64,000 nucleotides of DNA from positions 186,001 through 250,000 of the forward strand of contig VJWM01000007.1 of the NCBI GenBank assembly GCA_010909165.1. The letters run 5' to 3'. Origin of the DNA: Anthoceros angustus. Taxonomy: Eukaryota > Plantae > Anthocerotophyta. This document shows positions 1-12,608 of the stretch, one piece after another; position 1 is the first letter of the stretch, and each line of letters begins with the position of its first letter. Both the position numbers and the translations under genes were made by a program. A model generated the notes under the pieces. The model did not search any database and was not told the origin of the DNA. It worked only from the letters and a program-made list of their open reading frames with translations.

Positions 1-3000
1 TACATTTTCCAAAATTCGACATGTATGATGGTGGTTTCTAATGGCCAACCTTTTGAAGGCGACAATGTTTCACAATGTTTTGCGGAGAAGCAAGAAAATA
101 AATAGAATAGATGATTTGTCCTTGAGTAATGAAAGCACAGCCGGATGCGATCGAACACAAGTATAAGAGCATCTGCTGTGCGAGCCCTAGTGAGCCGCAG
201 TATCTGAAGAAAGAGGCTGGTCGGGGTTTTGACCAAATGGGCGTATTTGTGAGGCTCACGAAGGAGGACCATCTATACCTTGTGGCGCCCCCTACGGTGG
301 CGCAGGTGTTCAGAGACGAACTATAGCCAAGCTTAGGAGATTTTGAATTTAAGATCGACTTGCTCCATGTGCCACCCATGGATAGATTAAGGTTGAAAGC
401 GATGCGGACTTGACAAGAAGAAATGTAAGCTCGAAGAGTTTGATCAAGAGCGGTTGAGGAGGCCTCACCATCCTTTACCTTGTCAATTCTACTTGAGCCC
501 TAATCTGGATCTAAGTGCGGCTTATCTCACGGAGGGGCCGGGTCGGGGCAGGGTATGCCGTGCAGGATTGCTCAATCACGGGGTTTGAAAAGAATTGATG
601 TGAGTGTTGGTGCGGTGGCAAGTGTGCACAAGCAACAGCGAAAGTGCTTGCCTACACAAGTATTGACGCAACCCTCTCCAAACCCGGTGTATTGCACCTC
701 TTTGGAGTATAAGTCGGGACGTTGGTGCACTCCCTCTTTGGAGCATAAGTCATGATCATCCGGCCACTTGGTACAAGTGTGTCTCATTTGTCGGACGGTG
801 GGCATAGGTCTTCTTTTGGGCTCGGATGCATGGGGCATGGGTTCGCAAATCACAGCGTGAAATGAGACATGTGCATTTACGGATGGTTGGGGCCAAAATG
901 GGGTTGGAGACAAACCCTATCTTTGAGAAACTGTTAATATCTCCACTCACTCCGCTGTCAAGGGTCCAGCCACTCCTCAGGCCAAGCACGTCAAATCTCG
1001 CCCTACATGCGGAATGACTCGCTCATGGAAGTATGGAGGAAATACTCCCTCCGTCCTCACTGCCACACTCGAGCCACGAGAGAGCTGGTTTGCAGTATCA
1101 CATGGACAATTTTGGCCTTCGCAGGAACCCGAAGAGGGAGGCATCCCCACTGCTCACAGGACAACCGGTGGCTTGCCTTGCTTGGCGGTGGGCAGTGGTG
1201 GCGGGATTGCGTGCCCGGGCTAGGACTCTGCACCACATGCCTCCCTCGCCCACAGGAGGAGCTGCTCCTACCTCCTCACTAGCTTCTGAAGTTGCTGGAG
1301 AAGGGATGCCCAGCGGGCGAGGTAGATCCGGACCCGAGGTATGAACTCAATTTTATCCTGAGTTCCCAAGGTCGACTCCTACGGCTGTCAGCGGTCTGCT
1401 TGGTCCTTAGGACCCGAGAGATAAAAAGGCCTTGCATCGGCATTTCACGTATCCCCGGCCAGATGGAAGAACAAAAAACATTGAGCCTTTTAGCCGTCAG
1501 ACGGTTGGTGGGGGTCTCAAGGTGCAAAGAGGAAGCCTTAGGTGCACAAGGAATAATTGGAGCTTGAGTCAGGCCTCCGTAGGGGCCAAGGCGGAGACCC
1601 TGTTAGTGGAGGAGGAGAAAGCCTTCCGATTTGGACGGAAGTTTCTAAGTGCTTACCCATGAGCTGAAGCACATACAAAACGCAAGCATTGAGGACCTTA
1701 TGAGAGGAGGTATGAACAGACTTGAGTAAGAACTTGGTAGCTTGACCTGAATCTAGAACCAAGCTTTCTAGAGAAGCTAGGTGAAGATAGCTAGGCGAGC
1801 CTACTTGCCAAAACTGATAAGGATCACTTCTTAGACACATAGCCGGTGGAGAAGGCGGGCAGGCGGCAGAGCGATAATTGAGCTACAGCAACTTAAATCG
1901 GTTGGCGATGAGGAAAGGAGTTAAGAGACCTCAGATACAAGGTCACGGAGGCCTCTTGTGAGTTGGAGGCGGAAGGGGCCAGAGCTACGACTTCAAAGTA
2001 GCGGCATGTGAGGAGAATCGAGGATCACGAGAGGGAGGAATAGAGCGGCTCTATTTGGAGGCAAGTCGCTTAGGGAGCAAGATATCGCCCGAGTTGGAGA
2101 AGGACTTGGAAGAAGCCAGGGAGTAGGAGGCTTCTACGCTAAAACTGTTCCTCGCAGGGGGAGGGGAGAGCTCGAAGGCAAAGTTGCTGGTTAGGTTGCG
2201 GCGAGCAGGTGATCCATGGCCAATAGGAGAGTCCTGAGGCAAGGAGGAAGCAAGCGGAGAGACATCGGGAGTGGCGGGCGTTGGAGTGAATCATCACTCC
2301 ATGAGGACCTTGGCGGAGGCAAAGGGAGAGATGCAGGGAGAGACCCCAGAGGCGTGAGTAGGGTGCTCACGCCCAGAGGCCATTCGGTGGGTCGACTCAT
2401 GTATCATGCGGGCTCCTCAGGCATGGAGATCGTCACAGCATGATTGAAGGCCACAAGAGTGGGAAGGAGGTGAGAAAGCGAGGGCACGAGATAGTCACAG
2501 AACTCTAAGGGGGTCTTATGAGGACAAGGCAGCAAAGGGAGTCGGGCCGGAGGGTATGGCGGACACCCGAGGCAAGAGGAGTAAGTCCATCGCCTAAGGA
2601 GGAAGGAGGGTTCGGGCTGAGGAAGAAGCCCAAGGGAGATGGGACGGGAAGGGTCCGGTGGGTGAACCGGACTCCGGGAAGACTAAGGTGAGGATGCCCA
2701 GGGATGACGGAGCCGGACCCAAGTCCGGACTCGAGGCGAGCCGGACAAGTGTCGGAGAACCGGACTAGGTCCTGACTGGGCGACCGGGACCCCGAGGTCC
2801 ACTAGGCGACAAATTACCACAAGAGGTCGGACTCCAGTGCGATACCTGCAAAGTCCGGACTCAGGCACACCATGGTGGATCATTGTTGCAACGAGTTCCA
2901 GTGGAAGAGGGGCGAGCATTCCATCCCAGTAGCGCCAAGGGGCAACAGGACGACTTGGTGGTCAACTATGTTGTCGACATAATACAACGATAAGTCTCCG

Positions 3001-6000
3001 TGGAGGGAGAAGGGCCCCAGTGATCATCTTGGTGCGACAATGAATTAAAGTTACTCTGACTCATGAAGGGAATTGAGCCCGGCCACCAAGAGTAGATCCG
3101 GTGTAAGCGATCTAGTCTAAACCCACAAAAATGTGCCACAAGTGAATTTTTGTTTTCTTTGAGAGTGGTGTGAAATAAGTCAGTTAGCGGTAGTTGAGGA
3201 TATTCATAGTAAAATGTCCTTGGCCTATGGAGTTCTTTTGTTTTATTGCCTAGGTTAGATAATAAATGGTCGGAAACTTCGGTGTTCCTTGGCCCATGGA
3301 CCTCGGATATCCACTACAAGGTCTATATATGCGGGTAGGGGTGGTTATTTGGGGTTTATGGGTCCTAAGTTAGGGTCGACCAGTAGGCGGTTGAATGAGT
3401 ATGGGGTTGTGGGTGGGGCATGGGCGGCGTGAAGACAACCGGTGGTAGTGGAGCCAAACTTAACCCTAAGGGGTAGGGTGACGGGCGCGTTCAAGCGGGC
3501 GCCTGGTGGAGCGGCAGTGAGGAGTGGGGCCTGGGCGTGGTCGTCGAGCGCATTCGAGGCGGACGTGATCGGAGGCGAGGCGCGATCGTGGTGGAGGCCG
3601 CCTCGAACCCTCACCGGTGAAGTCGCAACCCCAGATGGAAGGAAGGCGGCCCAGCGGCAGGAGGTAGGAACCACAGGTGACCTTGAAATTGGCGGTGGCA
3701 GGTGAGGCCGAGGACTCTGCGGAAGGATGGCGCCCAAAGCCACGGTGAGATTCGCTTGCCCAATGGCCAAACATGGACCATTGGAAAGTCCGAGGGGCAC
3801 AGTGAAGGAGCTCGCTGGGTTCATGGAGAAGCGGTGGAATTACAGTCGGGGGTGCGAGTCGCTCGCCACCTAAAGACAAGCGGGCGAGGGAATTAGAGCA
3901 AAACCTCGAGATTGGGACTGGCATTGGTTAGGGAAGTGTATGGGCGCAGCAAGGAGGAGGCGGGGGTTTGGTGATGGAACCTTCTCGGAAAAGGAGCTGA
4001 CGGCAGCCGCCCGTGAAGGCGGGCGTAATCCGGAACCCAATGGTTGGGCGGCGAGAATTGGCAACGGTTAATGGAGTCGGCGGATGGCTTCTCCCTTCTC
4101 TGACACTGAAGCGATTATTTGTCGACCACCACTTCGTTGTTCCTCCATGAAGTTGTCAAAATCGATTGAGGACGAATCCTCTTTGAGAAGTTGAGTGAAG
4201 AAAGGTTGAATATTTCTCCTACCCCGGCCTCTCTAATTTCACCATTCCTAGTTCATCTTTATGCGCATGCTAATTGCACGCGGTAGAAATTGTGGCCTCC
4301 TTCATATGTGGAAGCCGTCGAGGTGAAGTGGAAGCGGAGGAGCCTAAGGAGGAAATTGAGGAGGAATCGGACGGTGGGAGTCCATGGCGGCAGGCGATTC
4401 GAGGAAGAGAAGGAAATTTCTACCGGCAAGAGAGGAAGGCCGGGAGTGGCGGGCGGTCCCAATGAAAAAGTGAAGGTGGGCCAGCGTCCTGGTCAGCGGG
4501 TGCGCTTCTGAGGAAAAAGCAAAGAAAATGAAAGCCAAACGGGAGGTGGCGGAGGAAGAGGCGCGGTCAGGAAGAAAATTTCTTGACTTGGATGCGGATG
4601 ATGAGCGGCCAGGGAGGTGGGGCGACCTCGGAGGCGGACCCCTCCTCGGCATGGGAAGAGATTTTCAAGGGACTCCAGCAGCGAGGTGGGCCGGCCGGGT
4701 GGTGAGGTGCGCACTTTGTTGGGAAGGAAGGTGCTCGACGGAGGATGGCGTCTGCAGGGGCCGCGCAGGTGGAATTCGAGGCGGCGACGATGATCCGGGC
4801 CCAAGCGGATTTGTTGGACCAAGCGGCCTTGGCTCTCACATGGCTCAGTGTGCAAGGGCGGCGGGAGGAAGTGGTGAAGGCCAGGTTTGACGAAGGAGAA
4901 GCCCAGCGCAAGCAACTGGAGGAAGACAAGCGGGCCTTAGAGGAGATAAGAATCAAGCTTCAGGAGGATTTGTGCAGGGCCCAGGAGAAGCTGCAGGCCA
5001 TGACGAGTCAGCAGGAAGCGCTCATGGCTCAAATCAAGGATGCCCACGAGTCAAACCAGGAGATGCAGGGAGAGTTGTTGCGAGCCCAGGAGCAGGAGGC
5101 GGCCTCGGTGGAGAAGGTCCATAAGGCGGAGCAGTATAAGCAGGAGCAGGATGAGGCACGTGGCGAACCGAGAAAGAAGGGCGAGGTGGCGGGACTACGG
5201 CCGGGGTAGTGGAAGGCACTGGGAGGGAAGGACAGCCAAGGTGAAACACCTACTTCTTTGGACCAACGGCGTCGTGGAGACCACTACAGTGGTAGCGGAA
5301 GCGGCGATGGGCGGGACGGGGCCGACGCGGCACCCGAGGACATGGACGAGCAACGGTGTAGTCTACGGGAGGAGGGAGCACCTCACTGCGGAGGTCCTAT
5401 TATGTTGCGGCACATGGATGAGGAAACTTACGTGCACGGTCTATATGTGAATGGGGCAGCGTGCTTAACTTCCTTGTCCATGTGCGTGTGGAAATAGGAG
5501 GATCGGTCCTACCTCGCAAGTGAGGACCCAGTGCATACTTCTACCATTGCGCAGTGTGGGGATTGGCCCCTATTATGCGGAGGCGACCTTGGAGGAGTTG
5601 AGTGAAGAGGAGGTCCGAGCTTGGGTGGATGAGGCGGTGGTAATCCTCGGCAATAGGCGGCAGCGGAAGGCGGAAGCTCAGGCGGTATGCCCTCAATTAG
5701 GCGTCCGGCGGTGGTGAGGTGGAAGTCACAGGGAAAACCCGTCGGATCGGCGTGGCGGGAGGGCTCGTGGCGGCGGCGATGGAGGACGAAGGGCAGCGGA
5801 CGAGTCGGGGAGGGGCGCGGATAGCGTAGGCAATAGGTGGTAGCATCCTAGGAATGAAATTTGGGTAGGATGCCCTGGACTAGATCGCTTAGAATTGTGG
5901 GTGCGTCCCTTAGCTTTTTAGGATCTGAAATGGGAAAGCAGGGCCGATGTATAAGAGGGCAACTTTTGCCCACCACAGATAACTCTGGTTGAGATCCCCG

Positions 6001-7685
6001 CACTGTGGCTGGTTGGAGCGTCCAGGTTAGGAGGTGGTGTGGAGGCAGCTCACTAGTGGTCGAGAGCTTGCTCCATAGCGGGAGGAAGGAGGTGATGGAG
6101 CAATTTCTTGGAGGAAGCCAAGGGATCGGCGGGTGCGGAGCTTGCTCGTGCTTTCCTGCGGCCCGAGTTCTTCCCTCCTTCACCTTTAAACGAAAGTTGT
6201 GTTCGAAATCGAGTGTGTGAGTGCATGGTTGGTAGCTGTGGGCGGGTGAGGGAGGAGAGAGAGAGAGAGATCGGGTGAAGGAGAGATCAAATCATGCAGC
6301 GATCACGAGGTGTGAGATCGTAAGTGGGAAGAGTAAAGGAATTGGAGGCGTTAGCGATGGAGGTGTGTGAATTGAAACTCAAACGGTCTTGCGGTGGAAA
6401 GTGCACAAGGAAAACAACTCTAGTAGAAACCGTGTGGGGTGGCCCTTACGTGTGTGTGTGTGTGTGTGTGTGAGGAGCGTGCGAGGTATCCTAGGACTTT
6501 GGTCTCTAGGGAAGGTGAAGTGTGGAGTGCGAATAACGTGATCTGTGTGTGCGTGCTGGATCCGCATGGCGCCGCACAGAGATGAGTTACTAGGGTTTGG
6601 TGTGGGACCCACCTCGGTGGTTGTAACTACCGGTAGTGGCTCGAATCGGTCGTGGAGCGAGATTTGAGGTCGAGGAGTTAGGTCCGTGGTAGTTGGGTAA
6701 GACAGAGGGGTAGCCGTAGTAGAAGATAGGTGTAAGAGTAGTAGCGGTCCGATCAGCTTAGGCAAAGGTTGGTAGCGATAGAAGGTAGCGTCTTTTGGCA
6801 CAAACCATTCCCTTGGGAGCGAATCCCAGGACTACAACGACATGGAGGGTAAATGTGGACCTCACTGTGCCCCACGACATGGGTCGTCAACCCACAGAAA
6901 GTTAGGGGGGATAGGGGGTTGTGTGCTAGGACACAGTGAGCTGGACATCAACTCAGAATAGGAGTGTAATAAAGGCGCCCCCCTAGGGCGTAGTATAAGA
7001 GGGCAGATGCCAATCCAGTAAATCATCTTTCTTTTGGGGTTGATACCACATTATCATTGCAGACCCTTGTGTGTCCTTCGCTAACGCGAGTCCTGAGTCA
7101 GTAAGACTACTCCGGGAGATCCGAGTCCTAGTGACGGACCCAACGGTGGTGGTGTGTGTACAGCGCAGACGATCAGGGGACCCTTGCTCCGTAATGCAGG
7201 ATGGCGTCGGGCGGACCGGAGCGTATGAGACTAGCAGAACTCCGAGAGGGCGTGCAGAGCCCGGACGGAGAGGCCTGGTTGAACGATTACGGAGGTTTGT
7301 GGCCATGCAGGCCACCCACGATTTCCAAGTGGTGATGTGTAATGAGTGTGGTAGGAGAAGCGGACTAGTAAAGACAGGGACGGACTGGTAGGAAACAGAA
7401 GCGAATGAGTCCTTAAACGTTTGGCCACGCCGGGCCTGTCCGGTGGACTCTTAGGGGTCATAAGGAAGCGAAAACGATCGCATTGAGGTCTCGGGTTGGC
7501 ATCCATCCCGACGACGAGGCAAGGATCGGACCGCGTACGTGCAAAACGAAACAAACCATTCCCTCGGGAACGGACCCCTTATTGCAACAACACGGGATTA
7601 GTGCGCGCCTGGTTGGCCGTCAGCGAAAGTCGCGCCACAGGCATTATCATTAAATCGTTCAGTCAATCCATGGGCATCGGTAACA
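1..7685 (-). mobile_element. Degenerate, unclassified LTR-retrotransposon-like element (left end runs out of the window)
   Basis: On the minus strand a putative LTR starts TGTTAC at ~7685 and is followed by PBS-like TGGTATCA (7041-7048). The interior has only stop- and frameshift-broken ORFs: Pro/Ser-rich on minus at ~1-2920, coiled-coil on plus at 4745-5717. No gag/pol motif recognised. Confidence 0.35.
7052..7685 (-). repeat. Putative 5' LTR (~630 bp)
   Basis: Reads TGTTAC... on minus and ends 2-3 nt before an 8-nt tRNA-iMet PBS match. The terminal CA is degenerate and no partner LTR is in the window. Confidence 0.3.
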
Positions 7686-7693
7686 CATCCTGA

Positions 7694-9230
7694 TTAGACC
7701 CGAGACTTAAATACTTTAGTCTTGGAGCAACGAAGAACCTCGTCAGAAATCAACAATCCATGCCAAACGTCACAAAGCAAGGCTTTAATCGAAAAACCTT
7801 TATTGCCATAAGTCACACTCGTCCAGTTTGACCAAAGAGCAATTAAGGCAGATGGCCAAAGCATAGACCACCATTTATTCTTTATGGAAGAGACCTCCAA
7901 AGTTTCCATTAAGGTTGAACAATACAACATGGATAGACAAAACCAAGATTGGATTGGATTAGATAAAACTCTTCTCAAGCCAAGCCAAGTCATCCAGAAC
8001 TGTTGTGCAAAGTCACAAAAAAAAAACGAAGTGTTCACTTTTGTAAAAAGCACCTTGACCACATAAGAAACAAATATTGTTCCTTGCTGCTTCCACAAAC
8101 CACCCTATCAATGAGCGTTTGGCAAAGCAGCTTGGCAAACCTGCCACACCAAAGAAGTATGTTCTGGGAGAATTCCTCTTTAACTCCATCATCATTTCAG
8201 AATATGAAGTTGAAAGGATAGCATAAGATGAAGATGGTTAGACAAAGGCAATTTCCCCTTAGGCATGGAATATTGGACAATTCTTTTATAAAGCACTATA
8301 CACCCGAAGTTCAAAAAGAAAACCATCGGATCTCCGGAAAAAGCTTTCTTAGGCCACCAAATCAAGTGAGATAAAGCTGCTCAGTGACAACCTACAAAAA
8401 AACTAGGCCAGAAGCATAGTAATTTTCATCTGTCCTCCAAAGTAGCGAGTTCACAATCTAAGAGCGAATGTTTCTTACTCTTAGACAAGAAAAAGCCGAC
8501 GTAAGCTGGAGCAAAAAAGGATGGCATAACCCTAGCATTGAAAGATAAAGACATGGCCAACTAAGTCAAGGGGAGAGAAAATTCTCTAAAGTGTCCATCA
8601 GGGATTGACCACTTATCTAGGAAAAATATGGAAGACTATGAGAAGACATGTCGTGGATTGATATTTCGGACATCAAAACTCGAAAAGTCTCCATCTGATA
8701 AGGACCAATCAGCATGCAAAGAGAGAAAAATAGCTTAATGAATACCCTGATGAAGCCAAGTATGTATTCGAGTAGCAGCTAACCTGGAAAGGCCAAACAC
8801 CTCCCCAAGGTAACACTTGTTTTCCAGTTCAACCTGTTGCATCTCCCAACCTTCGAAGCATACATATCCAGCGTTAATAAGGGTTTGGGTTTGCAAATCC
8901 TAGCCACAAAATGAGATTTTTCCAATCTGATCAAACCCCTCAACAAGAATGGAGAGAGCTATATGAGAATGAATAGCATGTTTCCTTCTACCCTGGCCAA
9001 GCACAAAAAGGAAATTGGTCCAAAGGCAGCCCACATAAGAGAAGAAACACCAGTGTCCAGCAGAGGTGTGGAGGCAAATACATGGGCCAAACCTGACCAA
9101 CCTTCCGAAACAGCCCGCACCTGGCTAGTTGATGCATGATGTAACCTTTCCAATGAAAATCAATGGGACTTTGGCAGGCCTTTAATTACACACTTGGACT
9201 GAAGAACTCTAGCTTTGGTGAAACGTGAGC
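7694..9230 (-). mobile_element. 5'-truncated degenerate LINE (L1-type) ORF2 fragment
   Basis: ORF 7694-8098 has a zf-RVT-like FFxCxFAxxxW followed by WWSMLWPSALIALWSNW. Upstream broken frames resemble the L1 RT region (GCLWTNFLFVL). Many stops. Confidence 0.6.
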
Positions 9231-10884
9231 TTCAAGCATGACTGTTGATTTGATTCTGTGGCATGGCCGTTAAACTATGCTGTGTAATGTTGCGTACAGC
9301 GAACATGATTGTATGTTGGAAGAGATCACTACTTCCAGCAGCATGTGCAAGTGGAGCTACTTGTCTCTAGCAATGGCGGGTAGTGAGGTACTTGCATATT
9401 CGAGGTCAATTGGTTACTCCACGACACCTATCCTTTTGCTGCATCACTACCTTGCAATCTGGACAGAAAATAGAATAAGAGTGGTTGATATCAGCTAAGA
9501 GGAAGTTCTTTTAATGGAGAATCAAGAAGAATCTTGTTTCAATCTCGAGACAGAGTTAGAAACGGATGAAAATTTTAAATAAGCTGTTGTAAAAGCTAAA
9601 AAACGAGTATAAAAGTGAAAGAAACGAAATAAATTGAACGAAGCGTCCGGTTAATCCATCAAGAAACGGGTGTCCGGTGCAGGGGTCCGGAAATGCCTTA
9701 CCTTTACTCTACATTGTCCATATGTATGTACAGCCGCACATGTTAGATTGTAGAGCCGCCCTAAACAGACATTTTAACTCGGCTTTACGGAGGCGATGGT
9801 GGGCATGTATGTACATACACAATGCCAACAGGTGCAGCCGGAGTAAGAAGGAATGGAAAAGAAACGTTCAGAGGCGCATGTTCGGCTGCGGGTGTGGGAA
9901 CGGTAAAGCGAGGGCAGGCTGACAAGATGAGCTCTTTTTAGACATTGAAGCAGGTGGGTGAGCACAGAGTTACTCGCTTCCAGCTGTGCTTTAGCAAAGC
10001 GATATATGCGTCCGTGGGACGGGTGTCTTGGTTTCATCTCTCTCTCTCGCCCACGCCCACACGCTCGGCCTGCGGTAGCTGCCCGGGTCCCTTCTGCCTT
10101 CTGGCCTCGTAGACCTCGTACCCCTCGCACAGCAGAGCATAGCAGAGCGGAGAGCCGCGTAGTCCAGCCCGGCCCGGCCCAGCCCAGCCCAGACCAAGCA
10201 CTGCGGCAACGACGCAGGCAGCAGCACGGACTACGACGCCAGATGCGACCGCTCCCGCGCAATGAGCCCGGCGAAGGAGGCCGTCACGCTGGGCCCCGGC
10301 CCTGGAGCGCGCCCCGCCGGTCTGCCACGACCTGAGGCGGCGTAGGGGCAAGCAAATCAAGGCGGGGGTGACATGGATCAGGCCTCGCTGCGGGACACAC
10401 GGATTGCCTCGCCTCCTCTGCGCATTGTCGGCGCCAGGCCGCTCGCCTGACGCAGCCCGGGCCGCAATTTTCTGCCTCCAGCGCATCCCGCTGCCACCGG
10501 GGGCTGGACGCTTCACTGCCTTGGCAAGGTACGCAAACTTCTGGCTTCGCTAGGGTTGGATGGAGGATCCCAGTCACAGGCTCCGGATTTGGTGCCTGGC
10601 GGCACCGGCGTAGGATTTAGGCGCTGCATCCTTGTACTTCTTGGCTGGATCTAGCTAGCTTCCCCTCGTGTTTGCGCGCAATCGCATTTTTGGCGTAGGG
10701 TTTGACTCTGCACTCCTGGCTTGGTAGACTGGTGAGATGTGGCAGATGCGCGACCGGGCTCGGCTCAGTCTGCTGGTGAAGGGAGCTAGGTCGGATAAGG
10801 GCTAGTTACATCCGCTGCAATGAAGTGGAGATGTTTGTAGCTCACGTACAGGCGCCCGTGAGTGGGGAATCCGCGGACACGATC

Positions 10885-12608
10885 ATGGCGAAGCGTGTGT
10901 ACCAGGTGTGGAAAGGGAGCAACAGGTTTTTCCTCTACGGAAGATTAATATTCGGCCCTGATGTCAGGTCTCTGGCTGTGACTATTTTCCTGATCGTCGT
11001 GCCCACCGTCATTTTCTGCGTCTTTGTTGGGAGGGACTTGCTGAAGAGGATCGACCACGGCTGGGGGGTAGCCATTATTGCGGTCACCTCGGTCTACATG
11101 ATAGGGCTTTTGTTCCTGCTGCTGCTCACGTCAGGAAGAGATCCGGGTATTCTTCCGAGGAATACGCATCCGCCAGAGCCTGAAGAGGATCTTGACAATG
11201 CTGCGTCTCCAGCTGAGTGGGGTGGCCAGACACCTAGGCTCCGCTTTCCTCGGACTAAGGATGTGATTGTCAATGGCGTGGCGGTCAAGACCAAGTATTG
11301 CGATACTTGCATGTTATACAGACCTCCCCGCTGCTCTCATTGCTCTATCTGTAACAACTGCGTCCAGCGCTTTGACCACCACTGTCCATGGGTTGGGCAG
11401 TGCATTGGACAGCGAAATTACAGGTTCTTCTTCATGTTTGTCTTCTCCACGACTCTCTTGTGCATTTTTGTGTTTTCCATGTCGGCTTGGAACATCAAGT
11501 TTCATATGAAGCCCGGAAATGGTCACTCGCGAACAGTGTGGAGGGCTTTGGCAACTGCCCCTGCATCCATTGTGCTCATGGTATACACATTCGTAGCAGT
11601 GTGGTTTGTTGGTGGGCTTACCATGTTTCACCTGTACCTCATCAGCACCAATCAGGTCAGCCGTGTCTCAGTTGGATTTCTTTTCTTTGCTTGTGGTTGG
11701 AAATTTCCAACTAGGGGCTTGTGTTTCTGCTGTTTTGTCTGACTTTCTTTTCTAAGGTCTCTTGGTTATTACGATGAGGTTGTCGCGAGTAGCAGGCCTC
11801 AAGGCCACCTCTTTGTTGTTGTAAGGTTAGCCTCTTAATGAGAGGAGAGATAGCTATGCTGTGGTCAGCCTGTTGAGAGGCGAGTTTGTGCATGGTTTGC
11901 CATGGTTGACATAGCCCTCCCCTCCCTCTTTCAGGCATTGACTTTTGGTGTGCTGTTTAGTTAGAGCTTACTGAGTACAGTGCGCTTTCTGCCGCCCATG
12001 CTAGCCCCTATCAGCATGATCAATGACCTGGAGCTCAGCACTTCTCACCAGGGTATGCATCTGATGTGTCCTGTTCTCTGTTGTGCAGACAACCTATGAA
12101 AACTTTAGGTACCGGTATGACAGTAAGGTGAATCCATACAACCGGGGAGTGTGGAAGAATTTCCAGGAGATCTTTTTCACCAAAATTGAGAAGTCTAAGA
12201 ATAAGTTTCGTGCCAGGGTGGAGGTGGAGCCTTCATCTGGGCAAATCCATTCTCAGGTTTCAGACAGTGAATTGACCCGATCGGATGGAATGAAAGCCTC
12301 AGCTGACCTTGAAATGGGGAAAACGTCATGGCCTGTACCCACAGAAGAGGTTTTGGGTGATTTGCACACTCGCGTGAGTGACGTTGGAGATCTGCCCATG
12401 GATAGTAAAGATGGATACGAGTTTGCCCTGGCTTTGGGCTCCTGCGATAATCATGAGCCAAGGAGTGCACCTCACCCCAGGCGGTCGAGCTGGGGTCTGG
12501 AAAAGTGGAAGCTGGGAGATAACGCCGGACATTCTTGCGTTAACTGGCAGTGCAGCTGAGGGAAGCCGCACAGCCAATGGTGACAGCACTCCACCTGGAA
12601 ACAGATGA
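10885..12608 (+). CDS. DHHC-type protein S-acyltransferase (PAT5-8-like); coding exons 10885-11655 and 12089-12608
   Basis: Starts MAKRVYQVWKGSN; has DPG, the cysteine-rich CDTCMLYRPPRCSHCSICNNCVQRFDHHCPWVGQC, and TTYE after a GT-AG intron (11656-12088). The conserved tail RRSSWGRKSGSW is intact in the duplicate copy. Exon 2 here has indels near 12420-12500. Probable 5'-UTR intron 10529-10851. Confidence 0.93.

Noticed and set aside
9712-9824. Imperfect hairpin upstream of PAT as a miRNA precursor or tiny MITE
   Set aside because: Only short arms pair (CATTGT/ACAATG, GTAGAGCCG/CGGCTTTAC). There is no ~21-nt duplex and no TSD.
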